Shown in pieces: positions 25,505 through 38,138 of a stretch of 64,000 nucleotides of DNA (position 1 is the stretch's first letter; each line of letters opens with the position of its first letter). Location: contig NC_086109.1 in assembly GCF_963921235.1 (NCBI RefSeq), positions 23,686,001-23,750,000 of the forward strand, given 5' to 3'. The notes below the pieces were generated by a model, which was not told the origin of the DNA, ran no database searches, and was given only the letters and a program-made list of their open reading frames with translations. This stretch comes from Mobula hypostoma (lineage: Eukaryota). The translations under genes and the position numbers were made by a program.

Positions 25505-26330
25505 GACTTGAGCACAATAACCTTCAACTCAGTGAAAGACACTCTTTGGCCTACCAGAAACCTGATGGTCTTCTGGGACAGAGAGATGTCTGAAGGGGAA
25601 TGCTGCCAACTGGCCCATTCCAGGCTGCAGGAGTACATACTGAGGGATGCACTGAAGCTTGTTGCACCAGCACAAAGGCTCTGTAGGGGAGCAGCACAGT
25701 CTAGGCTCCTCCTGCTACTGGGCATGGAGGGCCGAGTCAGGTGGGAAAGCCCTCAAACACTGGAAGGGTGTACAGCCCCAGAGGGCCACAAGGTTAATAA
25801 AGTGTAACTCTATGGAATGTATTGACCATAATGACATTAAGAATGTAAAATACTTTGTAATGTATATTCTTTTATATACCTTAAGACCATAGGACCATGA
25901 GACATTGGAATAGAACTAGGCATTTTGGCCCATTGTGCCTGTTCCACTATAGATTATAGCTGGAATCTATAAATCATAATTGATTTATTATCCCTCTCAA
26001 CCCCATTCTCCTGCCTTTTCCCCATAACCTTTGACACCCTTACTAATCAAGAACCTATCAACCTCTGCTTTAAATATACCCAATGACTTGGCCTCTATGG
26101 CTGTCTGTGGCAAAAATTCCACAGATTAACCACCCTTTGGCTAAAGAAATTCCTCCTCATCTCTGTGTTAAAGAGACGCCCTTGCATTTTGAGGTTTTGC
26201 CCTCTGGTCTTAGACACCCCCACTATAGGAAACATCCTCCCCACGTCCACTCTATCTAGACCTTTCAATATTCAATGAACACATTCATTGCTACACATTT
26301 TTTATTATGAATAAAGTTTATTTTTGAAAC
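25505..26330 (+). mobile_element. Tx1/L1-clade LINE 3' end, split by a CR1; a second 3' UTR piece lies at ~26440-26620
   Basis: TFNSVKDTLWPTRNLMVF...ECCQLAHSRLQEYILRDALKL is a Tx1-type ORF2 C-terminus; ends GAATAAAGTTTATTTTTGAAA. Confidence 0.75.
25881..26276 (-). mobile_element. CR1 3' fragment
   Basis: Reverse complement of the CR1 ORF2 end and 3' UTR; (TCTTATGG)n-like tail at 25881. Confidence 0.9.
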
Positions 26331-27419
26331 ATTAACTTCTGTGCATACTTTGTGGGGAAGGAGTGCATTCTAGTGTTCTTGCACCAGTAGACATTGAGAG
26401 GCTAAGTCTGGAGTAAAAGCCTCTCTAACACTTGTAGCTGCCCAGGAGGCCAGGTAAGCAGTAATGTGTCTGTACACACAAACTCTGCTAACCCCTACAA
26501 TGTTAGAACTGATTATGTTGTTACTGTGTAGACTGAGTAACATGATGAATGTAAAGAGCCATAGAGTTCTTTTATGCACTTGGACATACTTTTCAGGAAT
26601 AAAGTTTATTTTTGAAATGATAAAACAGGCATATGGACAATGTTGCAGTTTTCTCATATTTACCGACAGATCATGGACTGTGGGAATCTGTGTCCAATAC
26701 TAAACGGCCTCTGGACACAGGGTAAAATCATATTCCTTGCCAAGTGTTCTGACTGATCCTTTGTCCCATTTACCATCGAGTTTGATGACTTGCTAGCATT
26801 GGGATGTGGTTCTGAAGTACTTGGCTATGCAGCGAGAACTGTGTTGGGGTGCACTGCCAAGGTAAAAATAAGAGCCTGAGATTATGACAATAGCACTATC
26901 TTTCTGATGCAGGAATGAACCTAGCCATCTGATGTGAGGATCTCTTGTTATTGCTGCACTCTTTTGTATTTTACTCCACGTTTAGGCAATGCTCCAAGGC
27001 TGCTACCCTGCCTGAATGATTTTCCAATTAAACTGGACACCAGGAATGGATTGTGTCTTCAGAGAAAGGAGGGAAGAATGTAACAAATGTGGCCCCAACC
27101 TAATATATCCATTTTTGTGTGGTTGCACAAGGTCTGCACAATGGACGTGCTTGGGACAACCGGCAGTGGCAATGACCTGGACAGAACTTCCTCAAAGCCT
27201 ATGCAAAAAGGATATGGTAGACCTTATTGGAAAGCTCCCTGAGATCATTTGGAAGAATTCCTCATCCCCAGAAGTATTAAAGAACCGCCAAGCCCTTGCT
27301 GGGCTGACAGTGAGGACACAGACAATAACAGTATGTTTCAAGTGACATATTATTCCACTCCTTAGGGGGATGTAAACCTACTCAGGTGAGTAGGGCCAAA
27401 AGGTCTGTTTCTGAGCTGT

Positions 27420-27488
27420 CTAATCCGTACGCTACTTCAAAACAGCGATGAGCTTCTAATCCGTACTTCAAAACAGCGATGAGCTTCT
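27420..27488. repeat. Short exact tandem duplication
   Basis: TACTTCAAAACAGCGATGAGCTTCT at 27433-27457 and 27464-27488; CTAATCCGTAC also occurs twice. Confidence 0.9.
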
Positions 27489-27545
27489 GGGGCATATTTA
27501 TTTAGCAGCATCGCTAATGATGACTAAATCACCTTGTTATAATTT

Positions 27546-27905
27546 CATAGAAAACTACGGCACGGAAACTGGTCCTTTGGCCCATTTAGCCCATGCTCAA
27601 CCATTTGAACTGCCTCGTCCCATCAACCTGCACCTGGACCAGAGCCCTCCATAACCCTCCCATCCATGTACCTATCAAAACTTCTCTTAAATGTTGAAAT
27701 CGAAGTTGCTTCCACCACTTGTGCTGGCTGCTCATTCCACACACTCACAGCCCACTGAGTGAAAAGGTTTCCCCTCATGTTCCCCTTAAACATTTCATCT
27801 TTCACCCCTTAACACATGACCTATAGTTGTAGGCTCACCCAGCCTCAAAGGAAAAAGTTTGCTTGCATTTACCTTATCTACACCCCTCAAAATTTGGTAT
27901 ACCTG
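27546..27905 (-). mobile_element. CR1 3' fragment (distinct subfamily)
   Basis: FKGNMRGNLFTQWAVSVWNEQPAQVVEATSISTFKRSFDRYMD. Confidence 0.88.
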
Positions 27906-27989
27906 ATTTTGTTAGATGTTGTCATGTGAAAAGTTACTGCTGTGCTTCCTATATTCTAAGATGAACTTACTTACTTTAAGGTTCTTCAG

Positions 27990-29000
27990 GTTGTCATAGC
28001 TGGAGGTGGTAATGGGGATAAGCTCCCACTACCTATTAAATGCTGCCAATGGCATGGATCTCGAATAGCCTCTGACAACAAAGTCTAGCTCCTGGTCTTC
28101 ACGTGTGGCCTAGTCACTAAGCCAAGCAGAACCATTTCTACTGACGGGAGAAGGGGCAAAGGCTGGTTACCAGCACCTTAAAACCAGTCATTTTAGGCAA
28201 ACAGGGCTCATCAGCCATAATTGGCAGCTCATTTAGAAGTAAAATGCTGATCTGAAACCTCTGCTGCCTTGTGGCTGGACCCACTCATGGAGAAGGTTTC
28301 GAGAATAAGCCTAGTGGGAAAATCCCAGAGCTGGAGTCCCTAGTGCAGTCCAACTTTGAGTTCAATGCTGAATAGTAACTCCTGCGATGCCACTAGTGCC
28401 AAACTGTATGAAAGACTGGATGAACTAGGCTTATACTCGTTGGAATTTAGAAGATTGAGGGGGGATCTGATTGAAACGTATAAAATCCTAAAGGGATTGG
28501 ACAGGCTAGATGCAGGAAGATTGTTCCCGATGTTGGGGAAGTCCAGAACGAGGAGTCACAGTTTGAGGATAAAGGGGAAGCCTTTTAGGACCGAGATTAG
28601 GAAAAACTTCTTCACACAGAGAGTGGTGAGTCTGTGGAATTCTCTGCCACAGGAAACAGTTGAGGCCAGTTCATTGGCTATATTTAGAAGGGAGTTAGAT
28701 ATGGCCCTTATAGCTAAAGGGATCAGGAGGTATGGAGGGAAGGCTGGTACAAGGTTCTGAGTTGGATGATCAGCCATGATCATACTGAATGGCGGTGCAG
28801 GCTCGAAGGGCCGAATGGCCTACTCCTGCACCTATTTTCTATGTTTCTATGTATCGGCCTCTGACGTTCCTTTGGACTCATCTGCTACGTGGAAAGAGGG
28901 AGCTTGCTGCCTGGGTAACAGCTTGCATACCAACTTGTGTATAACGTAGACAGCTAGGACGCAATATCATTGGTTGACCCCAACCAATGGAGGGCCTCAA
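27990..29000 (+). repeat. Unclassified non-coding interspersed repeat, possibly RTE-related; split by a CR1
   Basis: GC-richer non-coding block with a 5' hairpin (GGTGGT..GGG...CCCACTACC), adjoining an RTE 5'-UTR-like piece; family not established. Confidence 0.3.
28407..28851 (+). mobile_element. Young CR1 3' fragment
   Basis: Nearly identical to 57152-57601; (TTTCTATG)n tail; GTAT on both flanks. Confidence 0.95.
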
Positions 29001-29089
29001 GCCCCAACTTCCTTTAAGCCCATCACTACTCTGGGATATCTGCAGACTGCAGCTTGGGCCAGTAGGTGACGATCCTTCTTCTCGTAGGG

Positions 29090-29194
29090 AGGAGACTTTT
29101 GGATCTTCTGTTGGCATTTCTGTGACTCTGGATTTTTATGGGATAGGTTGGCTAGCCCTAAGTCCAACACTGCTCCTTTTGAGCCGGGCTTGGA
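29090..29194 (-). mobile_element. RTE-clade 5'-UTR-like fragment
   Basis: Minus strand TCCAAGCCCGG...GGAG..GTTGG..TAGGGCTAGCCAACCTATCCCATAAAAA resembles a recalled conserved RTE 5' motif. Confidence 0.5.
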
Positions 29195-30342
29195 ATTGTT
29201 CATTGCGGAGCTTTTAATTGACAAAGCAGTTGCGTTAATGACTTAGCAATTTATGGGACTGAACTTAAAGTCTAGTGAAAGAAGCTGAAGTTCCATCATG
29301 ACCACTGGGAAATCCAGAATAATGATGCAGATGGATAAATGCAAGAATCTATTGATATACTTTGGGGTTGGTGGTTTCCTTCCTTGCATCGCGTGGCTTA
29401 TAGGTCAGCTATAATATAGTTGACTCTTAACTCAATGGTGTGGTGAGCAGTTCAAATCCAGGGCAGTTTACAGGTAGGCAATAAATGGCACACTTGCTAT
29501 CTGACCCCACATGGAAACAGGATGACCAAGCATCAAACGTACTTAAATAGCTTTTAAGATGATTTAAAATGTCCATACGACTTCATGTCTCTCTTTCAAA
29601 TTAAAGTCAAGCATTAGAGAGGTTTCTTCTCACCTTTTCCTTCCTCAGATCGAATCCACAACATTATGTTCTGTGTTCATTCGAGTCTTGGCTAGTTCAC
29701 ACTCAACCTTACAACCGTAAAAAAGTTCCAATAAACATTATCTCCTCTCATTTTTCACTGTAGTGCTCAAGCCAAGCAAACCTTGCTGAGTCGAAAAGGA
29801 AATCAGTATTTGGTTTACGAGGTGCCTTTTCCTGCCCTTTCTCTCTCTCAGTACTGCTGTGTGAATGGCTCCAATCTCTACTGCCTCTCTGCAATTATTT
29901 TAACTCGTGAATACACATTTTCAAAGGAATTCATTTCTGCAGCTTTCAAAACACATCCATGATTTGCAACCACCACAGAAATGCTCTTTCTTTACTGAGT
30001 AGTTGCAGTCTGGATCACTGGAGGAAATGAAAAAAAAACTGAATTGAAAGCTGATCAGTCACCTCCAGTAAAGCTGAGCTGTTTCTAATTTCTTTCTACA
30101 ACAGAGGGCTAGAATAACAACCCAGAGGACAAGAGTTCATGTCCCACCTGTGCAGATTGTGAGTTCAAATTCAGGTTAAGAAAATCCAGAAATCAAAATG
30201 CTACTACCAGTAAACATGACCATTAAACTCTCTGACGATTGTAAAATCTAACAGGTTCATCAACATTCCTTTAGGGGAGGAAAGCTGCAGTCTTATTCCA
30301 GGTTTATATGTAACTCCAGTTTGTCCACTGACATGACTGATC

Positions 30343-30760
30343 ATAAGAGCAGAAGTAGGCCAATCGACCCATCAAGTCTGCTCCACCATTCCATCGTGGC
30401 TCACTTAACACCTCTCTCAATCCCATTCTCCTGCCTTCTCCCTGTAATGTTTGACACCCTGACTAATCAAGAATGAATCAGCCTCTGCTTTAAATATACC
30501 CAATGACTTGGCTTCCACAGCCGACTGTGGCAATGAATTCCACAGCTGCACTACCTTCTGGCTAAAGAAATTCCTCTCCATCTCTGTTCTAAATGGACGC
30601 CCCTCTATTCTGAGGCTGTGCCTTCTGGTCCTAGACTCACTCACTATAGGAAACATCCTCTCCACATCCACCTTACCTAGGCATTTCAATGTTCGATAGG
30701 TTTCAATGAGATCCCCCCTCGTTCTTCTAAACACGGGTGAGTACATGCCCAGTGCCATCA
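30343..30760 (-). mobile_element. CR1 3' fragment
   Basis: LGMYSPVFRRTRGDLIETY...FFSQKVVQLWNSLPQ. Confidence 0.92.
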
Positions 30761-31494
30761 GTCCTGTTTTCCTTCTCTATTCTTTATTACATTCTTCCAT
30801 TGCCTGAGGACACTTACTGTGCAATACAGATTTCTGCTGAAACATGCAGATGAATGTGTGGATGTAAAAAAATGTTGTGCACTGCGGAACAGTTCAAAAC
30901 TGTGTGAGAGGTAAACTCGACGACTTCAACATAAGCAGGCTTCGCTCAGTAAACTGGGTGAAAGTTTGCCTGTGAAGTTAACTTAAGTGAACTTGAGTTT
31001 GTTGCTGGTCTGTCTGAAGTGAAGCAAAGGCCTCCACTTGCTCTGCACCTGGCTGACGGGGAGGACAAAATGTGTTCAGTTGTCTGTTCACGAGCTAGGG
31101 CTCACTTTCCAACAAGCTTTCACCATGAAATTAGTCTCAGCTCTGGCTGCAATTATGAACATAATAGTTTTGGTGTTGAAGATTCTTCAGCATGTTTCTG
31201 AAGGCAGGCAATAATTCCCATGCATTCTTGTGATATTCTACTCCCATAATCCCTGTGTATAATTTTGGTGCGCATCTTGCAATAGTCCACTGACCGTTAC
31301 TGCTGGCAAGTAGGCTTTACTTACTAGATGAAAGGCCCGTGTCTTCATTTTGCCGCTCCATTGCAAAGGCTCATCAAGGTAAGCTTACCATGAAGTTTTC
31401 CTCTCTTTGGCAGTCATTTGGTGAGACCCTTTCTCAGTGCTCCTCTTCTGTGATTTGCATTGCTTTCCAGCTCTTTGACCACTTTCCCCACCTC

Positions 31495-31728
31495 TATTAA
31501 GTTTTGCAACTTCAAAAATTAATCAAAGGGAAAACTCGAGAGACCAGGAAATAATGTGTCTACTCTTAGTTTTGCTTTAGTGTGGCACGCTTATGTCGTG
31601 GTGGTGTGATGATGTATGCCATTCATGTACTTTTACATATAACCCATAATGAATTATGTAAACAATGAATGCTTAACGATAGATTTACAGTATTACTCAA
31701 ATATTAATGAAATGTTAAATACACAACA
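31495..31728 (-). repeat. 3' LTR of minus-strand Gypsy
   Basis: Colinear with 37676-38138 minus the 37740-37936 insertion; contains the empty target site (CCAGGAAATAATGTG). Confidence 0.88.
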
Positions 31729-32580
31729 TTCCTCTCTGCTTAGCTATAAACTCCAACTCAATATAGAATACATCAGCATAGCAAATTTTAAATTGTCCCA
31801 TTCAGGCCTACAGGTTTAATTGCTGTGGAGGATTTCTTTTTCTTCTGGGACAATGTCTTTCTTGACAAGGGGGTGGGGGGGTCACTCTGCTGGGTTATCT
31901 TGTGGCTGCGAAACGATCTTAGGTTCTGGGGGTTCCTTTACAGTGGTTATAAGAGTTGACTCTGGGACTGAAGGAATTGGTTCTGACAGCTCTAGACACC
32001 TTTCTTCTCTAACAATCGACTCTGCTCTCCTCAACTGATTGATGTGTCATCTCCAGATGACATCAGACGCAATCTCCACCAAGTAGAGGAGTGGGCCAGT
32101 TCTGTCCTTAATCTTTCCAAGTACCCACTTTTGATCACCTCTGTAATGCTTTGCCATGTTTGCTTGTCCCGGAGTGAAACATTAAACCTCCTTGTATGAG
32201 GAGCCCTCCATTTTCTCAGCTGTTTTGTCCTGCATACTCCTCCTGAAATTGGGTTTGAGGAGATCCAAGTGTGAGTGCGAGGGAGGGCCTAGGAAGGGCC
32301 TAGCTGGTGAACTGTTGGGTGTGGAGTGTGCTGCATTGTGATATGCAAGGAGAAAATTGGCAAGCTTCTGATTCAGTGTAGTGTGTTCTGCTGACGTTGC
32401 TCCTCTTTCCCCACATAAGGTAACCCCCATAAAGGGCAAGTTCAACCCAGCGCTGGTAAAAAAAAACGGGGAACTGGAATTTCTGCTCCTCATTCTAGCC
32501 AGTTTGGGAGGCAATATATAGGTCTTTTCTGGTTTCCCTTTGGATCATCTCTGCTGTAATAGGGAGACTTTCAATTTGCA

Positions 32581-33193
32581 TTAGATTAGATTAGATTATG
32601 AGGACACACAGTCCTCTTTTATTGTCATTTAGTAATGCATGCGTTAGAAATGATACAATATTCCTCCAGTGTGATATCACAGAAACACAGGACAGACCAA
32701 GACTGAAAAAGAAACAAAAACCATATAATTATAACATATAGTTACAACAGTGCAACAATACCATAACTTGATGAAGAACAGGCCATGGGCACAGTAAAAA
32801 GTTCAAAGTCTCTCGAAAGTCCCACATCTCACACAGACGGGAGAAGGAAGAAAACTCTCCCTGCCATGCCTGACCACAGTCCGACTCCAAGTCGTCCGAA
32901 AACTTCGAGCTCCAATCAGCCCTCCGACACCGAGTACCGAGCACCATCTCACCATCTCTATCCGAATGCTTCGACCCCAGCCTCGGTCGCCAGCAGCAAG
33001 CAAAGCCGGGGTTTTGGGGCCTTCCCTCCGTAGAGTTTCAATTGCACAGTAGCAGCGGCAGCGAACCGGGTATTTCAGAAATTTCTCCAGATGTTCCTCT
33101 GTGCTTCTCACGCCTGTCTCCATCAAATCAGAATTGTCAGAATTGTCCACGGCATCCTACTTACAAATACAATACCATTTCTCCTCCCGCCAT
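32581..33193 (-). mobile_element. Non-autonomous ~610-bp retroposon inserted in Gypsy pol
   Basis: Minus strand begins ATGGCGGGAGG, is CpG-rich and non-coding, and ends AATAAA...(TAATC)3; CATTAG on both flanks; the Gypsy frame DVFSLM|QIESLPITAE rejoins. Confidence 0.75.
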
Positions 33194-36059
33194 TAGGGAG
33201 AATACATCAAGAGGAATAGTCCTCTTTTGTAAACGTTCCAGGTATTTCCTTTTCCAAGGGTAAAGGGTCAGTCTGTCAGCATTTCCATGATTAGCTCTCC
33301 TCTTGAATTCGATCTTGTAGCTGTGTCCTCTAGGAAACTGAGACCATCTCTGCAATCGTGCTGCTTCTGTTAGTGGATCACCCTTCTAAGGATTGAAAAT
33401 GGACAAATAGTGGCTGATGATCAGTAATGAGGGCAAACTTTCTTCCATACAAAGTGAAATGAGTGAAATGTTTTACACCCCAAACCGGACTCAAGGCCTT
33501 TCTGTCAATCTGTGCTTAAATTTTCCTCTGCAGCAGTAAGGGAACGTGATGCAAAGGCAATGGGGCTTCCACTTCTGTTACTCATAACATATGATGTAAC
33601 TGCACCTATACCATAAGCAGAGGTGTCACAGGCAATCTTCACTGAATGATGTGGATCATAATGTGGGAGTACAGTCTCTGATGTCACCAGTTCCTTTACC
33701 TTTTGGAAAGCTACCTCACACTGCTTTGTCCATTGTCATTTCTTTCCGATCTCCAGTAATGAGTTAAAGGGGTGGAGCACAGTAGTCAGGCTTGTCTACT
33801 AATTGACAAATCCTAAAAAGTACTGTAACTGCGACATGTACCAGCACTGCTTGAATTTTCTCAGCATATTTGTGCAATGCTTGTGTGTCAATGGCGTGAC
33901 CTCAGAGTGATGTGGGCTTTAAAGAATTCACACTTGTTGCATCATGCTCTGCACCCATAATCCTCTAATTAACACTGTCTTGAGATTTTGGAGATATTCC
34001 TTGTCATCCTTAAAAGTAACAATGATGTCATCCAGGTAACACAATGAGGGCTGGACAGCATCTGGTCCATAGCTTTCTACCAGAGTGCAGGTGATATGCT
34101 ACTCCGAAAAAAAGCCTATTATAGCAATAAAGCCCCTTGTGAGTGTTTATGGTGAGAAATACTTATCTCCATCTGTAGGTAGGCTTCAGCTATGTTCACT
34201 TTCCCTCCAAGAAGGTTTGCAAAGATATCCTTTATCCTGGGCAGAGAGTATTGATCTATCCTCAGTGCCAAAAGATCCTGACAGACCCATTCTTCTTAGT
34301 TACTGGGACCACAAGCATTGTCCATAGGCTCCACTCAATCTTGGAAAGAATTCCTTAAGCCTTCATGCAATGTAGCTCACTGGCTACGCGATCACAGATG
34401 ATATAAGGAACCAGGTGGGTTTTGCAAAACGTGGGTGTGGCATTTTCATTTGACACTTTTCTACCCTTGATATACTTGAGTTTTCCAATGTCACCATTGA
34501 ACACTGCTCTGGCATCATCCAGTACCTTCCTTAATTCACTTTCAGTTGACTTTGTTACAGATAATGTGGCATGTAAATGGCAGATCGATTTCCAATCAAG
34601 TTGTAGTTGTCTCAGCCACTCACTCTCCCACAATGTTGGCCCTCTTGTTTTTACCATGTTTAAGTCCAATCTGACATGTTGGCTGTTGTATTTCATCATT
34701 ATGAATGTTATTCCCACAGCAATTATCTTTTCTCCAGTATAAGTTCTTAGTTGGATATCTGCTGGCTTCTGTTCAGTATCTTTGAAAGCCATCCAAACTC
34801 ATTTTGTGGAATGATTGAAACAGCAGAGCCAATGTCCAAATCCATTTTAATAGATTTGCCATTCACTTCTGGTGTAAGTCATATTGCTTGTCTATTGTGA
34901 GTTTTCACATTATAAATATTAAGGCAACCAGTCCTGTGTCACTCACAACATCAATAAATTTTTCATCAACTGCAAACAGATTAATGCTCTTTTTGAAAAT
35001 GCAACTTGACATTTTTGTACTTTTCTCTTTCCTGTGCAGTCCATTTATTTTTGTCTACCGAAGATTCTCTTTGTATGTGTTCCTCTTTGTTGCATCTTCC
35101 GCAGGTTTCACCTTTGTATCTGCAACCGCCTGGTGTGTGTGAGCCCCTGCCACAATGGTAATTTGTTTGGCCAGGCTGGTTTCTGCTTAGGTGGTGCAAT
35201 TTTATTCATACTCATTTTCATTTCTGACTGCAACTCAATTATGTCTGTTGTTTCCATTGATACAGCACTTTTAGCTGCTCCTTTAAATGTGAGTTGTGCT
35301 TCAGTTAGGATCTGTTTTTGAATGCTTTCTTGTAAGATTCCACAAACTGAATGATCTTTCAGTGCATCATTAAGACCATTACTGAACTGACAATGCTCAG
35401 ACAACCTCTTCAATTTAGCCACGTACTCTGAAATGGGCTCTTCTCCCTTTTGATTCCACTTATGAAACCTAAATTGTTCTGCAACTAACAATGGTTTTGG
35501 TTCTAAATGTTCCTGCACTACGTTCATGATATCAGTAAAGTTCATTTTGGCTGGTTTGGATGGTGCAACCAAATTTCTAAGAAACTGTATGCTTTTTCAC
35601 TTATTACATTCAGCAAAACTGGCACTTGTTTCTCATTGGCTATTCCATTTGCTTTAAAATACTTTCGTGTAATCAAGCACGTCTTTCTTATGTAGCCAGC
35701 CATTTCTGCTTTTCCTTTTTTAAAAAAAAATTTATGATCTTGTACTTACTGTTTATGAACCCATGAATTTGGCTGTTTTCTGCTTTATTTTTAAACATAA
35801 TTATCTTTGTGCTTTCCTGAAGAAGCATATGCCACTCTTACTTGACTGATTCTCTCCTTTTGAGAAGAAAACATACTGTGATTTACATAGTAGGGCAATT
35901 AAGGATTATGGGGAAAAGGCAGGTAGGTGGAGATGAGTCCATGGCCAGATCAGTCATGATCTTATTGAATGGTGGAGCAGGCCGGATGGCCTACTCCTGC
36001 TGCTGTTTCTTATGTTCTTCATTTGAAACTGGAAAGTCTCCCTGCACTTCAACATGTAG

Positions 36060-36917
36060 GTAGTCATCCTTGGGGTTTTCCTTTACTCTACTCGCCAAGT
36101 CCTTCTCATGCCCCCTTCTTGCTCTTCTCAGCCCCTTCTTAAGCTCCTTTCTTTCTTCCCTATTTTCCTCAATAGACCCATCTGATCCCTGCTTCCTAAA
36201 CCTCATGTATGCTGCCTTCTTCCACCTGACTAGATTTTCCACCTCACTTGTCACCCATGGTTCCTTCACCCTACCATTCTTTATCTTCCTCACTGGGACA
36301 AATTTATCCCTAACATCCTGCAAGAGATCTCTAAACATCGACCACATGTCCATAGTACATTTCCCTGCAAAAACATCATCCCAATTCACACCCGCAAGTT
36401 CTAGCCTTATAGCCTCATAACTTGCCCGTCCCCAATTAAAAATTTTCCTGTCCTCTCTGATTCTATCCTTTTCCATGATAATGCTAAAGGCCAGGGAGCG
36501 GTGGTCACTGTTCCCCAGATGCTTACCCACTGAGCGATCTGTGACCTGACCCAGTTCATTACCTAACACTAGATCTAGTATGGCATTCACCCGAGTCGGC
36601 CTGTCCACATACTGTGACAGGAATCCATCCTGGACACACTTAACAAACTCTGCCCCATCTAAACCCTTGGAACTAATCAGATGCCAATCAATATTAGGGA
36701 AGTTAAAGTCACCCATGATAACAACCCTGTTATTTTTGCACCTTTCCAAAATCTGCCTCCCAATCTGCTCCTCTGTATCTCTTCTGCTACCAGGGGGCCT
36801 CTAGAATATCCCCAATAGAGTAACTGCTCCCTTCCTGTTCCTGACTTCCACCTACACTGACTCAAAAGAGGATCCTGCTACATTACCCACCCTTTCTGTA
36901 GCTGTAATAGTATCCTT
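36060..36917 (-). mobile_element. CR1 ORF2 APE/tether fragment with a long open frame
   Basis: ORF 35991-36749: RVVIMGDFNFPNIDW...FLSQYVDRPTRVNAILDLVLGN...HLGNSDHRSL. Confidence 0.93.
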
Positions 36918-37009
36918 TAAATGATACTTAGCCAGCTCCATCATGGGCACTAGCCTCCCCAGCACTGAAAACATCTTCAAGATCCGTTGTGAAGAACCCT
37001 CGCCATCTG

Positions 37010-37425
37010 CAGGGCCGGACTTTATCAGGGCTAGGCTGGGCTGCAGAGGGGCCCAAAATAGGTAGCTATCTTCATGGCGGACAAAAAAGAAATACGACAA
37101 CGGAGCACAGAAAAGAAAAAAAGAAACAAGAAAAAGAGGACCGTGAGAAAGAAGCATTAAAAAAGACATTGAAATTGACAGAATTTTTTAAACCTGTTCT
37201 CGATGATGCAGCAGTACCATCGCTCTTGTCACAGTCTGAGACCGGTGGACAAATGGAGACATGTTCAACAGCTAGTGCTAGCATCCGCGTTAGCACAGGA
37301 CCACCGTCCTTGCCACAGTCAGCAGCTGACGTTGAAGAGGCAGAGAGCATGACTTTGGGATCCCCGACCACAGAGGCCTCCGAACAACCAGGTTGGGCCG
37401 CCATTAAAGTTAACGTTACTACTAC
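37010..37425 (+). mobile_element. Probable hAT DNA transposon 5' fragment
   Basis: CAGGGCCGG terminus; ATG at 37074 gives MADKKKYDNGAQKRKKKQEKEDREKEALKKTLKLTEFFKP after correcting two poly-A frameshifts, resembling N-termini of ZMYM1-like hAT transposases. Confidence 0.55.
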
Positions 37426-37426
37426 T

Positions 37427-37642
37427 AGGTTTTTTAACTCAGAGAGTGGTTGGTGCGTGGAATGCACTGCTTGAGTCAGTGGTGGAGGCAGATACACTGG
37501 TGAAATTTAAAAGACTACTAGACAGGTATATGGGGGAATTTAAGGTGGGGGCTTATATGGAAGACAGGATTTGAGGGTCGGCACAACATTGTGGGCCGAA
37601 GGGCCTGTACTGCGCTGTACTTTTCTATGTTCTATGTTCTAT
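37427..37642 (+). mobile_element. CR1 3' end
   Basis: TQRVVGAWNAL..VVEADT; tail (TTCTATG)n. Confidence 0.9.
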
Positions 37643-37675
37643 CTCAGAGTTGTTTTAAAACTTCCTCCTCACAGC

Positions 37676-38138
37676 TGTTATGTTTTGCAACTCCAGAAAT
37701 TAATCAAAAGAAAAACATGGGAGAGCTGGGAATAACGTGAATAAACTCTTCTCAGGCTTCCAGCCGGGTACAGGTATCAATTATAATCGGCACTTCGATG
37801 GCCAACTCTGACATCTTCATCAGGTTTGGCAGAATTGGTCATCGAAACGTTGGTTAAAATTGATACCCGTACCCGCCTGGAAGCCCGAGAAGAGTTTATT
37901 CATCATATATGCCGGGAAAGCACGAGATCCTTTTACCTGGGAATAACGTGTCGACTCTTGTTTTTGTTTTTACTTTGCTGAGGCACACACTTATGACATG
38001 GTGGTGTGATGGCATACGCCATTCATGTATTTTTTACATAAAGCCCATAACAAATTACCTAAACAAGCAAAGAATGCTTAATCAAACAATGTATTTACAA
38101 TATTACTCAAATATTACTGAAATATTTAATACACAACA
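37676..38138 (-). repeat. 5' LTR of minus-strand Gypsy
   Basis: TGTT...AACA termini; homologous to 31495-31728. Confidence 0.88.
37740..37936. mobile_element. Palindromic mini-element from a second Penelope family (Poseidon-like pLTR), 14-bp TSD
   Basis: Arms ~37738-37813 and 37827-37902; TSD CTGGGAATAACGTG at 37726-37739 and 37937-37950; minus-strand hammerhead-like CTGATGA-A-GATG..CATC-GAA; plus-strand CATC-GAAACGT; tail GCCGGGAAAGC. Confidence 0.85.

Larger units (their letters stand above)
31495..38138 (-). mobile_element. Ty3/Gypsy LTR retrotransposon (Mag-like, double CCHC gag) with both LTRs, degenerate and heavily nested
   Basis: LTRs 37676-38138 (TG..CA) and 31495-31728; PPT AGCAGAGAGGAA at 31729-31740; gag 35108-35572 (LVAEQFRFHKWNQ..EPISEYVAKL..LSEHCQF) plus two CCHC-like knuckles; protease LDIGSAVSII; RT YLDDI (~34025-34040); RNase H IACDTSAYGIGAV; integrase C-terminus FLLAYHNAAHSTPNSSPA. 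Confidence 0.93.

Noticed and set aside
28040..28135. HDV-like ribozyme near the 5' end of the RTE-related repeat
   Set aside because: A TTCACGT loop-like motif is present, but I could not build consistent P1/P3/P1.1 pairings.
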